Source: Podarcis filfolensis | Taxonomy: Eukaryota | DNA: 64,000 bases | NCBI GenBank assembly: GCA_964270895.1 | Contig: OZ185440.1 | Direction: 5' to 3' (one strand) | Part shown: positions 63,071 through 64,000 of the stretch, piece by piece | Position numbering within the stretch: position 1 is the stretch's first letter | How the letters are laid out: every line of letters begins with the position of its first letter | Position numbers and translations under genes: made by a program | Notes under the pieces: generated by a model | Databases searched by the model: none | What the model saw: only the letters and a program-made list of their open reading frames with translations | What the model was told of the DNA's origin: nothing

Positions 63071-64000
63071 GAGCACAGGTTTCCTACCCCTGTCCTAAGT
63101 GAACCACTAACTTCTTCTCCCTTGTAGTGATTGAGAAACAGTCATTTTTTAAAAAGGAACATAGGGTGTCAACAAGTGTTGCATTACAGGATCTGCTGAG
63201 GAAGTCAGGAGTTCCTCTATTCTAGGGACTACAGAACTCAGTATGCGTCGCTTTCAGGTGACCTTTTTATTGAATTGTCCGCACAAAGTTTGTGAGGAGG
63301 TCATATGACATTTGTTCTTTGAACATTCATTCAGCTTTGTGGTGGAGGTTATTATATGATATTACATTAATCAACCATTATACCACACTTTCCAAAAACT
63401 TTTCCAGCCACAAAAGTCCATATTTTTTGAAGCAGGCTTGTTGTGCAAGAGCACCAAATACGCTTTAATTGCGCTACTTGAATTTACCCAGTATGCAACT
63501 GAATCCCACCCACAAAATAGTGACAGTCCGTAAGTGTCGTATCTGATAGATTTTCTACTTGGAATGCTATATCCCACTACAGTTTAGGCATGGCAAATTA
63601 TTTCAGCTACTTGCGCAAAACAGCTGTATTTCAGGATCCATAACAGGAAAGAAAGAATTAACATAAAAGGTGAGGTTATGCAATGATCTAACCATGCTGT
63701 GTGCCTGGTTTCACAGTAAAACTAACAACCAAGCATACCAATGAATTGAATGCTGGCTTGAGCTAACAGTTTTGCTTGTTTCCTGTTTTCCTTGTCAACA
63801 TTTTGCAATTTGTAAATTATATGGTATAAAAAATAATATTTTTGAGTTTCAAATTCAGATTGTTACTGAATAATTGCCTCAACACTAGAAATTCAAATGT
63901 TTCAGAGTTGTCAGCATGTCTTTGTCTTGATTTTGGTAGAAATCAAATGTGAAGCCTCATAATAATCTGTCAATCTTCAAATACCATCTACCTTTACACA

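Noticed and set aside
63371-63660. Short minus-strand frames (e.g. FGALAQQACFKKYGLLWLEKFLESVV) as a possible exon of a neighbouring gene
   Set aside because: No recognisable homology and no consistent splice sites; a BLASTX search would be needed.

Overview
Vertebrate genomic DNA. The repeat content (Sauria-type SINEs, BovB/RTE, Penelope, CR1, L1) points to a squamate, probably a lacertid lizard; this is an inference. The window holds a GH18 chitinase cluster of four genes around PIFO/CIMAP3: gene A (+, 214-8962, 5' exons outside the window), gene B (+, 12529-20205), PIFO (-, 23121-28554), gene C (-, 32511-44476) and gene D (-, 52821-60670). I reconstructed all exons by hand. Each has a valid splice site and an unbroken frame, and the lengths match the vertebrate CHIA exon pattern. 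C and D are AMCase/CHIA-type: same strand as and upstream of PIFO, with Arg145/His208/His269 and a Ser/Gly hinge plus CBM14. A and B lie downstream of PIFO on the opposite strand, where mammals have the catalytically dead OVGP1, yet both keep DxxDxDxE. Gene A is the standout. It has OVGP1-like motifs and no hinge or CBM14, because a stop sits 1 nt before a retained splice donor. It has also lost Cys49, carries Trp99Gly in the cleft and uses a GC-AG intron. Other notable items: mosaic C/D identity suggesting gene conversion, a 3'-truncated L1 filling intron 7 of C, an inverted Penelope structure with hammerhead-like motifs, and a nested TE stack. Comparisons with human proteins and gene order are from memory and need confirmation by alignment.
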